Shown: positions 36,536 to 49,182 of the stretch, piece by piece | Numbering within the stretch: the first letter of the stretch is position 1 | Layout of the letters: every line of letters starts with the position of its first letter | Source: an uncultured Methanosarcinaceae archaeon | GTDB lineage: Archaea; Halobacteriota; Methanosarcinia; Methanosarcinales; Methanosarcinaceae | Direction of reading: 5' to 3' | Length of the DNA stretch: 64,000 bases | NCBI GenBank assembly: GCA_963833425.1 | Contig: CAWHXP010000008.1 | Location: 1-64,000, forward strand | Position numbers and translations under genes: made by a program | Notes under the pieces: generated by a model | What the model was told of the DNA's origin: nothing | Databases searched by the model: none | What the model saw: only the letters and a program-made list of their open reading frames with translations

Positions 36536-38509
36536 ATGGTTGAAAAAAAATCGATTATCTGGGAACTCGGGGAAGAGGTACTCCTCCTTCCAGAATTTGT
36601 GAATTCTGCTCTCACCGCAAATGAAAGAATTAAATATTATTTAACTCTCCTGCAGACTGCCAGAGAAAAGGCTGAACACCCGCAGCTGAAGTTTCCTTCC
36701 ATCATAACCGAGAGGGAAAATGCCGGAGAAGAAAACTCAAAGTTTGATACAATTGTTTCTGAAACTTTTAAAAAAAAGCAAGACACTTATTTTGTTCCTT
36801 TTGCCGAAGAAATTCTCTCCAGAGTATGGGATTGTATGGACGAAATCTGAAACCTCTGCTTGCTAATGGAAGGGGTGAGGGGGGAAGGAATTTGCGGCAA
36901 GGCTTGAAGAGTTAAAGAGTTAGAGAGTCAAAATTCAAGCAGGAATTTCGGCTAGAGAACCAGGAATTCTGAGAGGGGATTTCATAAGGGCTATAACTTC
37001 CGGAGACAGAGATAAAAGCGATAGCCTACACATTCTGGTCATGGACATCCACAGGATCTTAAATAAAATGCAGAAAGAACTTGCTGTTGAAAATCTCTAC
37101 GGGGCAAAAATCTATATGGTGTTAGAAGAGGACAGAGAGCTGATAATTGCTTTCATGGCTGGCGTGAACCGGACTTTTTCCCTGAAATTTGACCATCCAG
37201 GGCTTGGGACAACTGCAACCCGCATTTCCGGCAAGCTTGTGATCCAGAACGATATAGGAGAGACCGAGGCCCATGTGCTCGTGATCCATGTTATGGGGCT
37301 TGAGGTATCCGTTACTTATACCGATGTTCATTTGAGAAGGCTGCTTTTTTTCCAAAGCCTTTTCGAGGGGACAGGTATTTCCTGGGAGGATACAGTCTCC
37401 AGAGTTGCAGGCGAGAAGTTCGAAGACGATCTCTACCACCTTACAGTAGGTCGCTTCAGAGCAAAGAATAGGGAAGAGCTGAAGAACTTTCTAGCTCTTC
37501 TAGGTTCCAGAATCGTTTTTCTCATCGACTGGAATCGTGCCAGGAAAAGCCTACAAAAATTTGTTCCTAATGTAGATTGCATAAAAATACTTCGCTGGGC
37601 AGCCGAAAATGAATGCGGGCACAGGGCTTTCCTGATACTGGGCGGAGAACACCTTATCTTTGGAGCTCTTGAACTTGTTTCTAGGGTACCTCTTCCCTAT
37701 GGTGAGCCACTTTATCAGATTATTGGGAGGGAGAGGGCGACTGAATATTTCCAGTGGGTCCTGCATAGGGCTTCAAAGGGGCTGCTTGGTGGAGATCCCC
37801 TTCTTCTAATCCAGGATGAGATTAGGGCAGAGCTTCTAAGATATTTCCACTCTGCGGAGGAGGACCTTATGGATATATGCTCGGAACATGCATCTTTAAT
37901 TGTGGAAACTGCAAGGGCTGTGAATGACTCTCTTTTCCATATTAGTTATAAAAAAGATAATAAGTTTGTCCTTAGAACTTCAAACAGGGCAAAAATCTGG
38001 GAAAGCCAGGCTGAAGAGTTCGTAAATAGGATCAGAACTATTTCAAAAAGGATCGAAAATGTAGGTTTCTTTGAAAAACTGATTTTCCATATGGATGACG
38101 TTATTGACGCTCTTGAAGATGTTGTCTTTTTTATTAGCCTCATCCCTCCAGTAGATGTATCCCTGGAGATTCTAAAAATCCTGGAGACGATGGCAATGGT
38201 TGTCCTGGGAAGCAGTCGAGAGTTCCTGAAAACCGTTTACGTTTACCAGTACGGCACTCAAATTTTCACCCCTGACGAAATGCAAGCTTTTTTGCGTCTA
38301 TTGCACAGGTTATCAGCTTGGAAAGAACAGGTGATGAGGCCTTCAGCGAGACAAACAGAGTAATCTTCTAAGAGAGCACCAACTTCAAAGAAGCCATGCT
38401 TGCCCGTGAACTTGCGAGAAAAATAGAGGATGCCTCAAATTCTCTAACGCTTGCAGCCTTTACAATCAGTGAAAGGACTTTTGAAGTACACATTAGGGAG
38501 GGATATTGA
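36536..38509 (+). pseudogene. Large DUF47/PhoU-related phosphate transport regulator, disrupted
   Basis: AL.ANERIKYY..LLQ, LKFDHPGLGTTATR, QNDIGET.AHVLVIH, FLIDWNRARK, C-terminal helical RAK.WE..A...DD..D.LED; stop at 36848 and frameshifts. Confidence 0.7.
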
Positions 38510-38510
38510 A

Positions 38511-40132
38511 ATGCATGAAAATGTGCTGAGAGCTGAAAAAAAACTGCAGAAGCACGGATACTTGAATTTGGGGTTGGAAAGAGAGAATATGCTCCCAAGG
38601 AATCCTTTGGGAACAAGGGTTCAATTCTAATAGAAATGTCTTCTCTTGGCGTGCCGGTGCCCCCTGGTTTTGCCCTGAATGTCTCTGTATGTGAAGATTA
38701 CTTCAAAAATTCAAGGTATCTTCCTGATGATGTCCCTGGCATCCTCAGGCAGGGCGTTCTTTTCATTGAAAGCGTAACCAGGAAGATTTTTGGGGGCTCT
38801 CCTCCCCTCATGGTTTCTGTCAGATCTAGGGCAGCAGCTTCCATGCCAGGGTCCATGGAGACTCTATTGAACGTAGGGCTTTCGAAAAATGCCGTTAGAT
38901 CCCTCATTGCTAGAACAGGGACCCTCGGCTTTGCCTGGGACTCGTATAGGAGGTTAATTGAAGGGTTTGGAAGAATAGTGTTTTTACAAGATCCTTCCAA
39001 GTATCGGGACCTCCTAAATTCCGCAATCGATGCTGCGGGAGTTCCGGAAGAAAAAGAGCTGGATTACATGGAGTTAAGGAAACTCGCAGAGAATTATGAA
39101 CAGTTCTTCTTTGACGAAAGCGGAAAACTTTTGCCAGAGGATGTATACGAGCAGCTGGATCTTGCTGTCAGGGCAGTTCTTAATTCCTGGATGAGCCCAA
39201 AGGCAACGAAGTTTCGTAAAATCCACAATGTCAAGGGTGTTAGGGGCACGGCAGTTATTATCCAGGCCATGGTTTTTGGAAACATGGACCTGAAATCAGG
39301 TTCAGGGATAGCTTTTACAAGGAACCCCTGGACAGGAGAAAAATTTCCCGTACTCGATTTCAGATTCGAAGCACAGGGAGAGGACTTTGCTTCAGGTTCA
39401 AGAGCTGGGACATTAGGATTTGAACTGAAAACTGCTCTTCCTGTCGTTTACAAGGAGTTTGAAGGGATCGGACAAGAGCTCGAAACCCATTTTAGGGATA
39501 TGCAGGACATTGAGTTCACGGTCGAAGAAGGAAAACTTTACATCCTTCAAAGTCGCGATAGAAAACGTTCTCTAATGGCAGCCTTGATAATTGCAGTTGA
39601 CCTTGTAGATGAAGGACTCATTTCCTCTGACGAGGCTCTACTAAAGCTAGAAGTATAGACCTGAATTCCATTTCAGTGCAGAGAATCCAGACTGATAAAA
39701 CTAGCTTGGCAAAAGGTGACTCTGCGTCAGGTGGGGTTGCTATAGGGAAGATCACGTTTAGCAGCGAGAGGGCAAAGAGCCACACTTCTGGAGAAAATGT
39801 AATTCTTGTTAGGGAAATCCCGTCTCCTGATGATCTTCCAGGAATTCAAGCTTCTACAGGCTTCCTTACGTCCAGCGGAGCCAGAAATGCTCATGCAGCC
39901 GTTATAGCTCGCTAGATGGGGAAAGTATGCATTGTCAACTGCCGGGAGCTCAAACTTGATCCAGGAGGCAGGAAAATGTACCATAGGAGGAAAAGAGTTC
40001 ATGGAAGGAGACTTGATAAGTCTGGATGGGACAAGGGGGGAAGTCTATGAGGGAAAAGTTGAGGTGACGTTCGAAAAACCTGTAGAACTACTTGAAGTGG
40101 TGGATGTATGGAAACGAAAAAAATCTGCTTGA
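38511..40132 (+). pseudogene. Short pyruvate phosphate dikinase-like protein (nucleotide-binding plus His-swivel domains only), disrupted
   Basis: GNKG, PVPPGF, VSVRS.A..SMPG.MET.LNVG, QAMVFGN, FTRNP, DMQDIEFTVE, HAAVIAR; ends after ISLDGTRGEVY. Confidence 0.85.
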
Positions 40133-41084
40133 GGATAAATTTTGTTTTTCCTTAGGATTAAATTTCGAGAGAAATTAGATAAAATCAGATTTTTAGCTAG
40201 TTATTTATTAAAAATATATAAATAATCTCTTTTATCAGAAGTTTATCGAAATCTTCGGTATCAAGGGCAGAAATTGATAGAATAATGTGAAAAAAGAGAA
40301 GAAATGGGTAATTATGAAAGAAGAAAGCAATGAGGCCGATTATAAATTTAGTCAGTTTAGATTCGATTACCGTCAGAAGTAAGATCTTTGAGATGGTATC
40401 TTTATCAGATGGATGGGAAGCGGAAAAGTGAATAAAAAGCTTTCGAAAAAAATCTACGAAACATCCACAAAATCTTGCTTGTTGATGCTAAATGCGTCTA
40501 CGACGATAAATTGGAGAGGTAATTGTAGGTACCAGACAGACAGAATATGTTGAGCTTTAAAAAAAAGCTGGAAAGTTTTCCAAATAGAAAGGCTGCAAAA
40601 ACAGAACTTCTTCCACTCTAAAAACAATCCAGTTATGTAATAGGAGCAAATGAAAGGTAATTGCAATGTTCTACGTGATCTGCTGAAATTTGGGCAGTGC
40701 CTTGAAATTGATGTAAATTGGGAATCAAATTTATGTATGTTGCATAAAATTTAGTTCTTCTGAAGTGAAATTTTCTACTCAACAACTTATTAAGATTTGT
40801 GATTTTACAGAAAAATCGACGCATTGGTACTTTTAGGCAGTGCGCCAATTTATCGAGGATCTGCCCTCCAACTCGTTTATCTGGCTGCAGGCATTTTCAT
40901 CTGCAGCTCACAAGACAATTTTTGGCAGTTGATACCATTTAATAAAAGCGGCTTCTGATATTTATTGTCACCGTCATGTTTCGTAGAATCAGGACCACGT
41001 AATTTTAGATCTACTTAGTTAAGTTATTACTATTTAGAATATATGCATAAGATATATAACAAATTGGATTTAGTTATCATTTAG

Positions 41085-41185
41085 AGGTTTTCAAGTACCT
41101 TAAAACAGTCTTCCAATGGCTGTGGCATCCCCCCCCACAGCTCACAGGAAAAACTTTTTGACAACCACAAGTGGTTGTAATCATA
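41085..41185 (+). ncRNA. Candidate small RNA with C-rich loop hairpin
   Basis: GCTGTGG-CATCCCCCC-CCACAGC (41119-41141), ACAACCAC-AA-GTGGTTGT (41161-41178), TATA-like GATATATAA near 41051. Confidence 0.35.
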
Positions 41186-41360
41186 AATTCTAGAAATTTC
41201 ACAAGAATAGAGCTGCATGATTTCTAGAGAGTCTTAGAGATCCATGGTCGAAAAATGCCTGTATCCATAGACAATGATAATAATGCGGTTCTGTTGCAAA
41301 AAATCATATTAAGAAGTAATAATTTAGTTTTACAGCAAAGAACATAAAAAACAGAATGTT

Positions 41361-42214
41361 GGTTCCGTTGCAAAAATTCATAATAAGGATTCAATTGAAT
41401 AAAGAGAAAATCAATAGAACGATAATATGCTATCTAATTACTTTAAATGGAAGCATTTTGAAGGAGAAATTATCCTATTGAATGTGAGATGGTACTTAAA
41501 ATATCCATTGAGCTATAGAAATTTAAAGGAAATGATGATAGAAAGAGGAATTCAAGTTGATCACAGTACTATAATGAGATGGTTACATCAATATTCCCCT
41601 GAATTAGAAAAGAAGATAAGAAGACATTTAAGACCAACAAATGATTCGTGGAGAGTTGATGAAACCTATATCAAAGTAAAAGGTAAATGGAAATATTTTT
41701 ATCGAGCAGTTGACTCAGATGGAGACACAATTGATTTCATGTTAAGTTCAAAAGGAAGTCGAAAAGCGGCGAATAGATTCTTTAAGAAAACTTTGAGTTC
41801 TAATCACAATCAAATTCCAAGAGTAATAACCGTTGATAAGAATCCAGCTTATCCCCCTGCTATAGATGAACTGAAAAATGATAAAATACTACCTAAAAAC
41901 GTAGGCATTCGACAAATCAAATATTTGAATAACATTATAGAACAAGATCATAGATCTATAAAGAGAATCGTTAATTCAATGTTAGGATTTCAGTCTTTTC
42001 TATCTGCTAATAAGATTTTAAAAGGAATTGAAGCTATGAATATGATTAAAAAAGACAAGTCAATAATTTAAATTACTCGGTTTTTAATGAAGTCAAATAC
42101 ATTAATCAATTGTTTGGTATAGTTTTATAATGTTGGTATATTTCCCTCGGATCTTTTGACTTTTTTTATCTTCATAGATTTACATGTTTATTCTGAAGTT
42201 TTTGCAACGGAACC
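41361..42214 (+). mobile_element. IS6-family insertion sequence
   Basis: TIRs GGTTCCGTTGCAAAAA / TTTTTGCAACGGAACC; a further TIR at 41287. Confidence 0.92.
41427..42071 (+). CDS. IS6-family transposase (C-terminus probably frameshifted)
   Basis: FKWKHF..EII...VRWYL.YPLSYR, WRVDETYIKVKG.W.Y.YRAVD, TVDKNPAY, YLNN.IEQDHR. Confidence 0.9.
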   Translation: MLSNYFKWKHFEGEIILLNVRWYLKYPLSYRNLKEMMIERGIQVDHSTIMRWLHQYSPELEKKIRRHLRPTNDSWRVDETYIKVKGKWKYFYRAVDSDGDTIDFMLSSKGSRKAANRFFKKTLSSNHNQIPRVITVDKNPAYPPAIDELKNDKILPKNVGIRQIKYLNNIIEQDHRSIKRIVNSMLGFQSFLSANKILKGIEAMNMIKKDKSII

Positions 42215-42348
42215 CGATCCAAAATTCTAATTTAATTAAATAAAATTTGTAAAAATTGGTTTTTAGGCAAGACGACTTTTGAAAAAATGCTTCTGTAACT
42301 ATAACACATTAGCGTACAATAATCTGAGGTATTAATTACTTAGCAAAG

Positions 42349-42433
42349 TGCGGGGGGTGGGATTCGAACCCACGAATTCCTTCGAAGCCAGATCTTAAGT
42401 CTGGCGCCTTTGACCTAGCTGGGCAACCCTCGC
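42349..42433 (-). tRNA. tRNA-Leu (anticodon UAA), no intron, CCA not encoded
   Basis: GCGAGGG acceptor, anticodon arm CCAGA-CTTAAGA-TCTGG, long variable arm, GTGGG-TTCGAAT-CCCAC. Confidence 0.93.
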
Positions 42434-42668
42434 AAATTGAAGGGCATATTTTGATTTTTGCATGTTCTTAAATCTGTTTACTTTTTTTCTTCTTGGAATT
42501 ACCTTAACATATTATTTAATCTGATATGTTGTTTCTTAAATCTGTACCTTTGACCAGATTAACCAATCCTCACACTTTAGAACAAGTATTTCGCTTTTAG
42601 AGCAAAAGACTCATTATCCAGACATGCTTTAAATAGAGTTAAATTATTTAAAGCTTATTCTTTACCTT

Positions 42669-43424
42669 ATGGAAATTATATTTCTTGGCACTGGAGTTGC
42701 GATCCCAGAGCGTGGTCGTGTACAGTCCGGAGTTCTTGTGAGGCTTGAGGAAGAGCTACTGCTAATAGATTGTGGAAGTGGTGTATTGAGCAGACTTTCT
42801 GAAGCCGAAATTTTGCACACTAAAGTAGATACAGTATTGCTATCACACCTTCATCTAGATCACGTGGCTGACTTACTGTGCCTTCTGAAGGCAAATTTGC
42901 TATGCGGGAAGACCGATATGAGAATATACGGGCCTAAAAGAACGGAAGAATGGTTTTTAAGGGTACTTGGAGCTTATGATTATATTCTGGATAAAGTAGA
43001 TGTAGAAGTTATTGAACTATTTTCTGGAAAAGGCTTTACTCCCGAAGGCTTCGACTGCGAGATCAGCTGTGTAGACACAGTTCACAGCGTTCCAAACCTG
43101 GCTTACCGTATAGCTGCTGAAGATGGAGAATTTGTTTACTCTGGGGACACTGAGCCCTGCAGGAGCGTAATGGACCTTGCAGCTGAAGCCGATCTCCTGA
43201 TTCATGAATGCTCATTCCCTCCAGGCACAGAAGTCACAAACCATACGACTCCCAGTACACTTGCCGAAATTCTAGATGAATTTGAAAATGAGATCGGAAG
43301 CATTTGCCTCACTCATTTTTATCCGAACATGCGTGGGCATGAAAAAGAGGCAATATACCGTCTGCGAGGGTATTTCGAAGGAGAAGTGATTCTTGCTGAA
43401 GATCTGATGAAACTCGAAATGTGA
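42669..43424 (+). CDS. MBL-fold metallo-hydrolase (RNase Z/AtsA-like)
   Basis: FLGTG, LIDCGSG, SHLHLDH, YSGDT, LIHEC, LTHFYP. Confidence 0.9.
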   Translation: MEIIFLGTGVAIPERGRVQSGVLVRLEEELLLIDCGSGVLSRLSEAEILHTKVDTVLLSHLHLDHVADLLCLLKANLLCGKTDMRIYGPKRTEEWFLRVLGAYDYILDKVDVEVIELFSGKGFTPEGFDCEISCVDTVHSVPNLAYRIAAEDGEFVYSGDTEPCRSVMDLAAEADLLIHECSFPPGTEVTNHTTPSTLAEILDEFENEIGSICLTHFYPNMRGHEKEAIYRLRGYFEGEVILAEDLMKLEM

Positions 43425-44140
43425 AACAATTATAATTGTAGAAATAAGCTTTCATTGTCTAGATGGGGAAATCCGATGAAGAATTAAAACATTCTTCAAA
43501 ATCCTCTGAATTAATATCCCCAAAATTAATTCCTATGTACTTCTCAAAGTAAATTTCTCTACTCATTTTCAACTACTTTGTGACAATCAAATTGTTGGGT
43601 ATAACACTTGAACAGCTTCTCATTAGCATGCTAGGGTGTAAATTTTCAGTCCACTTTCTTTTCACGTCCATTCCTTCTTTCTGCACATCCAACCACTTCA
43701 TGAATAGGTGCAATTGCTATCTTTGCTTCTCTTTTTATTCTACCAGAAGAAAAAAGGCCATACTTTTAAAAATAGTAGATTTCCAAATATCTTTTGAGAG
43801 AGTCAAAATTTACAATTGCGTGTATACTTGCACTAATCATCTAGATTCCCTTGATAATTACATTTTTCCATTCGGAGAATCTTTGTGTTCACAATGTTCA
43901 CTATGTAAATCTATATATTTTCTATAAAGTTTTTCAATAAACCTCTAATGTTCACGAATTACTATATACAACTATAAGCATGTGGCTAAATTAATGGGTT
44001 TATTGAAATCCTCTATAGTATTAGTTTCTCTAGAAATTGTTGTCTGCGTTAGTTCCTAGAAGGTTGTTCTGAGACTCTAGAAACTGTTGGTCTAGTGATT
44101 TAAAGAGATACGGGCACTATTATTTTATTTTTTGGAGAAG

Positions 44141-44781
44141 TTAATCGTTTAGTTTCGCATCATGAAGTGTTTTCACTTTAGAAAGCTGTTCTAATGTTAA
44201 ATAGTGAGCTCCTCTAAACTTAGTTCCTTTAAGGCTAGCTACTTCAAAATTAGCTCCTTCAAGGTTTACCCATCTAAGGTTAGCCCATTCAAGGTTAACT
44301 TTCATAAGATCAGCCCATTCAAGATCAGCTTCGGTAAAATTAGTCCATACCATGTGAGATTTTAAAAGATTAGCCACTTTGAGTATAGCCCAATTGAGCT
44401 CAGCTCCTACAAGGTTAACTTCTCTAAGGTTAGCTCCTTCAAGATTAGCCCCTCTAAGATTGGCTCCTTCAAGTTTAGCTCCATCAAGATTAGCTTTTCT
44501 AAGATTAGCTTCTCTAAGGTCGATCCCAATCAAATTAGCTTCTCTAAGATCTGCTCCTTCAAGGTTAGTTTTTCTAAGGTTCGTCCATTTAAGGTTAGCC
44601 CACTAAAGGTTACACCTCCAAGGTTGGCTTCCCTAAGATTAACCCCTTTAAGATAGGACTCTTTTAGGTTAGCTTCTATAAAGTCAGCACCTATAAGATT
44701 AGCTCTATTAAAGTTACTCTCGTTAAGGTTAACTCTTTTAAGGTTAGCCCGGTTTATTTTAACTTTTAGAATTTCCTGCAT
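44141..44781 (-). pseudogene. Pentapeptide repeat protein, frameshifted
   Basis: A(N/D)Lxx repeats across two frames; ends LTLEQLSKVKTLHDAKL. Confidence 0.85.
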
Positions 44782-46019
44782 ACCATAGCTCCTTTATTTT
44801 TTCCACAAATTTTTGTTTTTCTTGTATCAACTGTAAATAAAAAGAAATATTGTTATCAAGATCCTAAATATATATTCTCCATAATATGGTTATCGTATAT
44901 ATTATATATAGTAATAAAAAAGACTTCTCATAAAATAGTCCGAAATCAAATAAAAATTCAATATTAAGTATATATTTATTCTCTTTGAAAATGTTTGTTA
45001 ACTATGTGCATTATTATACATATGTACCCGCTCGGAATAATTTAGCAAAAAAGAATATTTTGACCTTAGATGTATAACAATGCATACTTAGAAAATTAAA
45101 TTTTATGAAAGAATTTTCTCGAAATTGTCTTTAATCTAAAATAGATATATTTAGGGTTCATTATAATTTATCTGTGTGTTTCTTATACTTTTTTCCCATT
45201 TACTAGAAAATGTGATCGGTAGAAATTTGTACATGCCTATAAGTCATGGAATCATCGAGTTATCAAAATCATAGGCAAAGTTCATAGATATAAATATGAA
45301 ATAGATAAAGTAATGCGTATCTAGTTAGGGAACAGAAATCAGAAAAGGAGATTATGGGATTGAGTGAAAATTTTACAGAACTTTCGGGCCACTGCCAAAT
45401 CTTTTTCCGAAACCATTTATTTAAGCATCTTCTCTTTGATTTTCATGCAAAACTCTTCTCAACTTATAAAATTTTCTCGATATTGTTAATTTCGCAAATG
45501 ATTTATGAATATCAAACTATTAAGTAAATCTCTGTATAAATCTCGTCACCCTCCTGTTTCATCAGGCCTCTAAGAACAGTTTTTTTGTTTAATGAAATTT
45601 ATAGATATAAATTTTATTTTTCTCCCAAATTTCATAATTGTTTCAATTTTAGTTGTGCTAGGAATTTTGTTGAATTATATTTAATATTGAATATATATCA
45701 TTTAGATAAAATTATTTAATACAACGTTAACCACTTATCTAATTAGCTTTTTTAGTTAAATTAATTGAAATTGGATAAGTATTAAAATCGCTTATATACT
45801 ATCAATAGAAATAGTTGTGAAGTAAATTTTTATATATTCTTTTTAAACATAAATTAGTTAAAAATCAAATCAATTTTTATAATTTAATTTTGGTTTCTAA
45901 AATTGGGTTTTTTTAAAATTTAAAAATTATTTAACAGTCTGTAATGTGAAAGAAACCTTATTTGATTATCGATTCACTTATTCAATAAAAGTGATCCTTA
46001 AATAAAATGGTAGAAGGAT

Positions 46020-46860
46020 TTAACCTCCCGAAAGTCCGATTTCCGAGGTTGGATTATATACTCTATTGTTTGAATTATTCCATTCTGTACTATTCACTAT
46101 AGTTTGTCCTTCGAGATTCTGGCAGAAGTTGATGAAGTCTTTAACAGTCCCAGTAGGTGTTCCTTTAGTTAGAGATATCAGATTTCTTTTAAGTGGATAA
46201 CTTCCATTTTGAACGGTCTGTTGTGTAGGGGTGATGTTGTTCACTGATAGTACTTTAACTTCATTAGTCAAATATGCATGAGAGATGTATCCAATGGCAT
46301 CTGAAATTGTAACCACTGATTGTAAAAGTCCGTAGTTAAATGTATCCACTTGAACTTGATTGCCGTATGATCTAATATTTATAAATTTTTCAAAATCAGC
46401 TCTAGTACCAGATCCAGCTTCTCTAATCTTGGGTACAAAAGTACCTTTACTTCCACCCACTTTGCTCCAGTTAGTGATGCTACCTGTATAAATACCCGCC
46501 ACTTGATCCAGGGAAAGATCATTCACGGAATTTGATGGGTCCAAAATTAAAGAACACCATCTTTTCCAATAACATACTGTGACAAACTCTGCGCTTCCGA
46601 ATTAGTTAAATCCCGCGATGAAGTACCAATATCTCCACTTCCTGAACGTGCATCGTTTATACCAACTCCAGAATCGCCACCACTTACTGATATTTTTACA
46701 CTAGTATGGTTACTATGTAAGCAGTGGCTAATGCCTGTGCTACGGGGGCGCTACGGAAGTCGAACCAGCAATAGTTATAGTACTGCAACCAGTTAATACT
46801 GAGTAACCAACAATCTAACGATTACTACCAAAACAATTAAACCTATTCTTAAATAATTGT
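46020..46860 (-). pseudogene. Second PstS-like substrate-binding protein, disrupted
   Basis: ITIAGSTSV, GGDSGVGI, DIGTSSR, IYTG.ITNW..VGG, REAGSGTR, AIGYIS, YPLKR in broken frames. Confidence 0.8.
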
Positions 46861-46869
46861 TTTTGAAGT

Positions 46870-48495
46870 TCATTCTTCCATCACCATCTTTAGGGGTTTT
46901 TCAGAGATTTTTCCGGGTTTACCCTCTTCGTCATATTCCTTAAGACCTGTAAAATATTTTGATAAATATTTCCCTGCGTATTTTTCTAAGTCTAAGGCGG
47001 AGAACAAAAGTAACCCACTCAATATAGCTCCAAATAGAAAGATTCTTTGAAACCCTAAAAGGAAGCTTGCTGCTTGGCTCGCGGATAATGCAACTCTACA
47101 ACTAAGTGAACTTTGCGCTACAGCTGTAGCAATTATAAGTCCGGCAAAAGCATTATCTAAAACTGATCCTAAGTTTTTGGTTAGAGTCATTGTCGCGGAA
47201 ATTTGTGTTTTGAAGGTTAATGGAATTACTGAAAGCAACATTTTATTATTAGGAGATTGATAAAAACCATACCCCAATCCTAGAATAATCAACGATGGTA
47301 TAATGTACATCCAATTAGCTATGGTTTGGAAACTATGTATCATAATGGTGCTTACAATACAAGCCAAGGCTGCTGTAATAGCCAGTGGTTTCACACCTGT
47401 TCTATCTGCAAGCCCGCCGGCTATGATAGATATGAACGTGGAGGAGAACCATACGACACTAATAAGGATATCTGTTACGTTAACTGGGGTACCGATAACC
47501 TTCTGGAAGTAAAATGGTAAGGTGAAGAATGCCATATATAATATTATGTAATTTACGAGTAGTCCGGTTATATATGCAGCGAAAGTGAGGCTATGGAATA
47601 CAGTAAATCTGAATAAAGGTTCTTCATGCTTTGATTCCACATAGAAAACAAAATTCCAAAAATTGTCGCTAATGGTAGTAATGTAATGTCATAAGTGTTA
47701 AAGCCGAATTTTTGTGCTCATATTAAAACGTAAGTAAGTGTAAATAGCGCTACTGCTTGTAAAATTGCTCCTTTATAGTCTATAATTTTGGCGAATATAG
47801 AAGCGTCACTTGCATCAGGGAGTTGATTTTTATATTGTTGTTTTTTATCTAACAATTCAAAGTCGTTATCTGCGTCGGGTTTTTGAGTTGTAAATAAATA
47901 TACTATCATACTCGCTAATCCAAATGGGATTACTGCTAGGAAAACATATTACCAGCCGATGTATGCTGCAATATAACCACCAGCCAGTGGTCCGATTGCG
48001 TAACCTCCAGCTAATGCTAGAAGTAAGAATCCCAAAGCAAATCCTAGTCTTTCATGGGGGAATGTTCGATCCATTATAGCGTAATAAACCGATTCCATGC
48101 AACCTGCAGCAAACCCCTGAATAGCTCTATATAGAACGAGTGATTCTGCTGATGTTGAGAAGTAACAAAGCAACGAAGCGGTAATCCATATCAACGTTCC
48201 TAACATGAAAAATTTCTTACGATTCCATAAACCACCAATTCTACCTAAAAATATTACAGAAATAGTGAGGGTTAACAAATAAATGTTAGATATCCAGGTG
48301 CCTGTCATTACATCAGTATGGTAATAATTCTGTTATCGTGGGTAAGGTAACATTAACCAAACCAATGTAAAAGTTGAACATGAAATTAACTAGACATATG
48401 GTTAGTAAAACAAACCATAACTGCCTTGGATTATTCAGTGAGATCAGCGGGTTTATATTAAGATTCATATTTTTAAATTTCACCATATTTTTCAT
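46870..48495 (-). pseudogene. MFS transporter (DHA2-like), fragmented
   Basis: WISNIYLL, GRIG..W.RKK, RAIQG, GPLAGG, GG.LADR.G, QSPNN in four consecutive ORFs. Confidence 0.85.
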
Positions 48496-48874
48496 CTAAT
48501 TATTTCCCTTTAATCTAATTTTTCATACAGTGTACCGAGAGTTCTGTAAAATCTAATCGACTCTGCAACCTTTTGCTTTTACTATGAAATTTTTTTAAAT
48601 GCCCCTAAAATCTCGAATATGATTTTTTTTTTCTTACTTTCAGAATCCTATTAAAATTTATATATATTATTTGCTTTAAAAAATTAATTGATATCAAATT
48701 ATTTTTTTATTTTAAAAAATATCAGAATTTAATAAATTCTATTTATAACTTAATTTTTATGTAGTTAATTTAAAATAACTTTGGTGATAAAACGCAACCA
48801 ACTAGGCATGTACATCCTCAGTGTGTAAAAAGAGATAGAATTTGCAACAACATATAATTCAAAAATAAACTTTA

Positions 48875-48963
48875 GACGATTTCGATAAACCCCACTTTTT
48901 AGTAGATAGTTTATAAAGGGTATATAAACAATTTGTTGGAATCAGAGGTTTATCGAAATCATC
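48875..48963. mobile_element. 89-bp MITE, copy 1
   Basis: TIR GACGATTTCGATAAAC / GTTTATCGAAATCATC; flanking direct repeat TTTA. Confidence 0.85.
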
Positions 48964-49182
48964 TTTAAATGTGCATTCAACGGGACAACAAGTTTTTGAC
49001 AGAAAAAAATACACTAGCTATTTCACAGTATTTCTTGTAGCAATTTCAATGACAACTACTGTAGTAAGCGACACAGATGAAATGCAGACACCGCCTAAAC
49101 GCACTTCAAGGCGAACACTAGGTAGGTACCACACCGATTTGCACTGCTAAAAGTGGAACGATTAATGAATGTAAGGTGGAGT

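Noticed and set aside
44141..44781. Periodic DNA repeats
   Set aside because: Explained by pentapeptide-repeat coding
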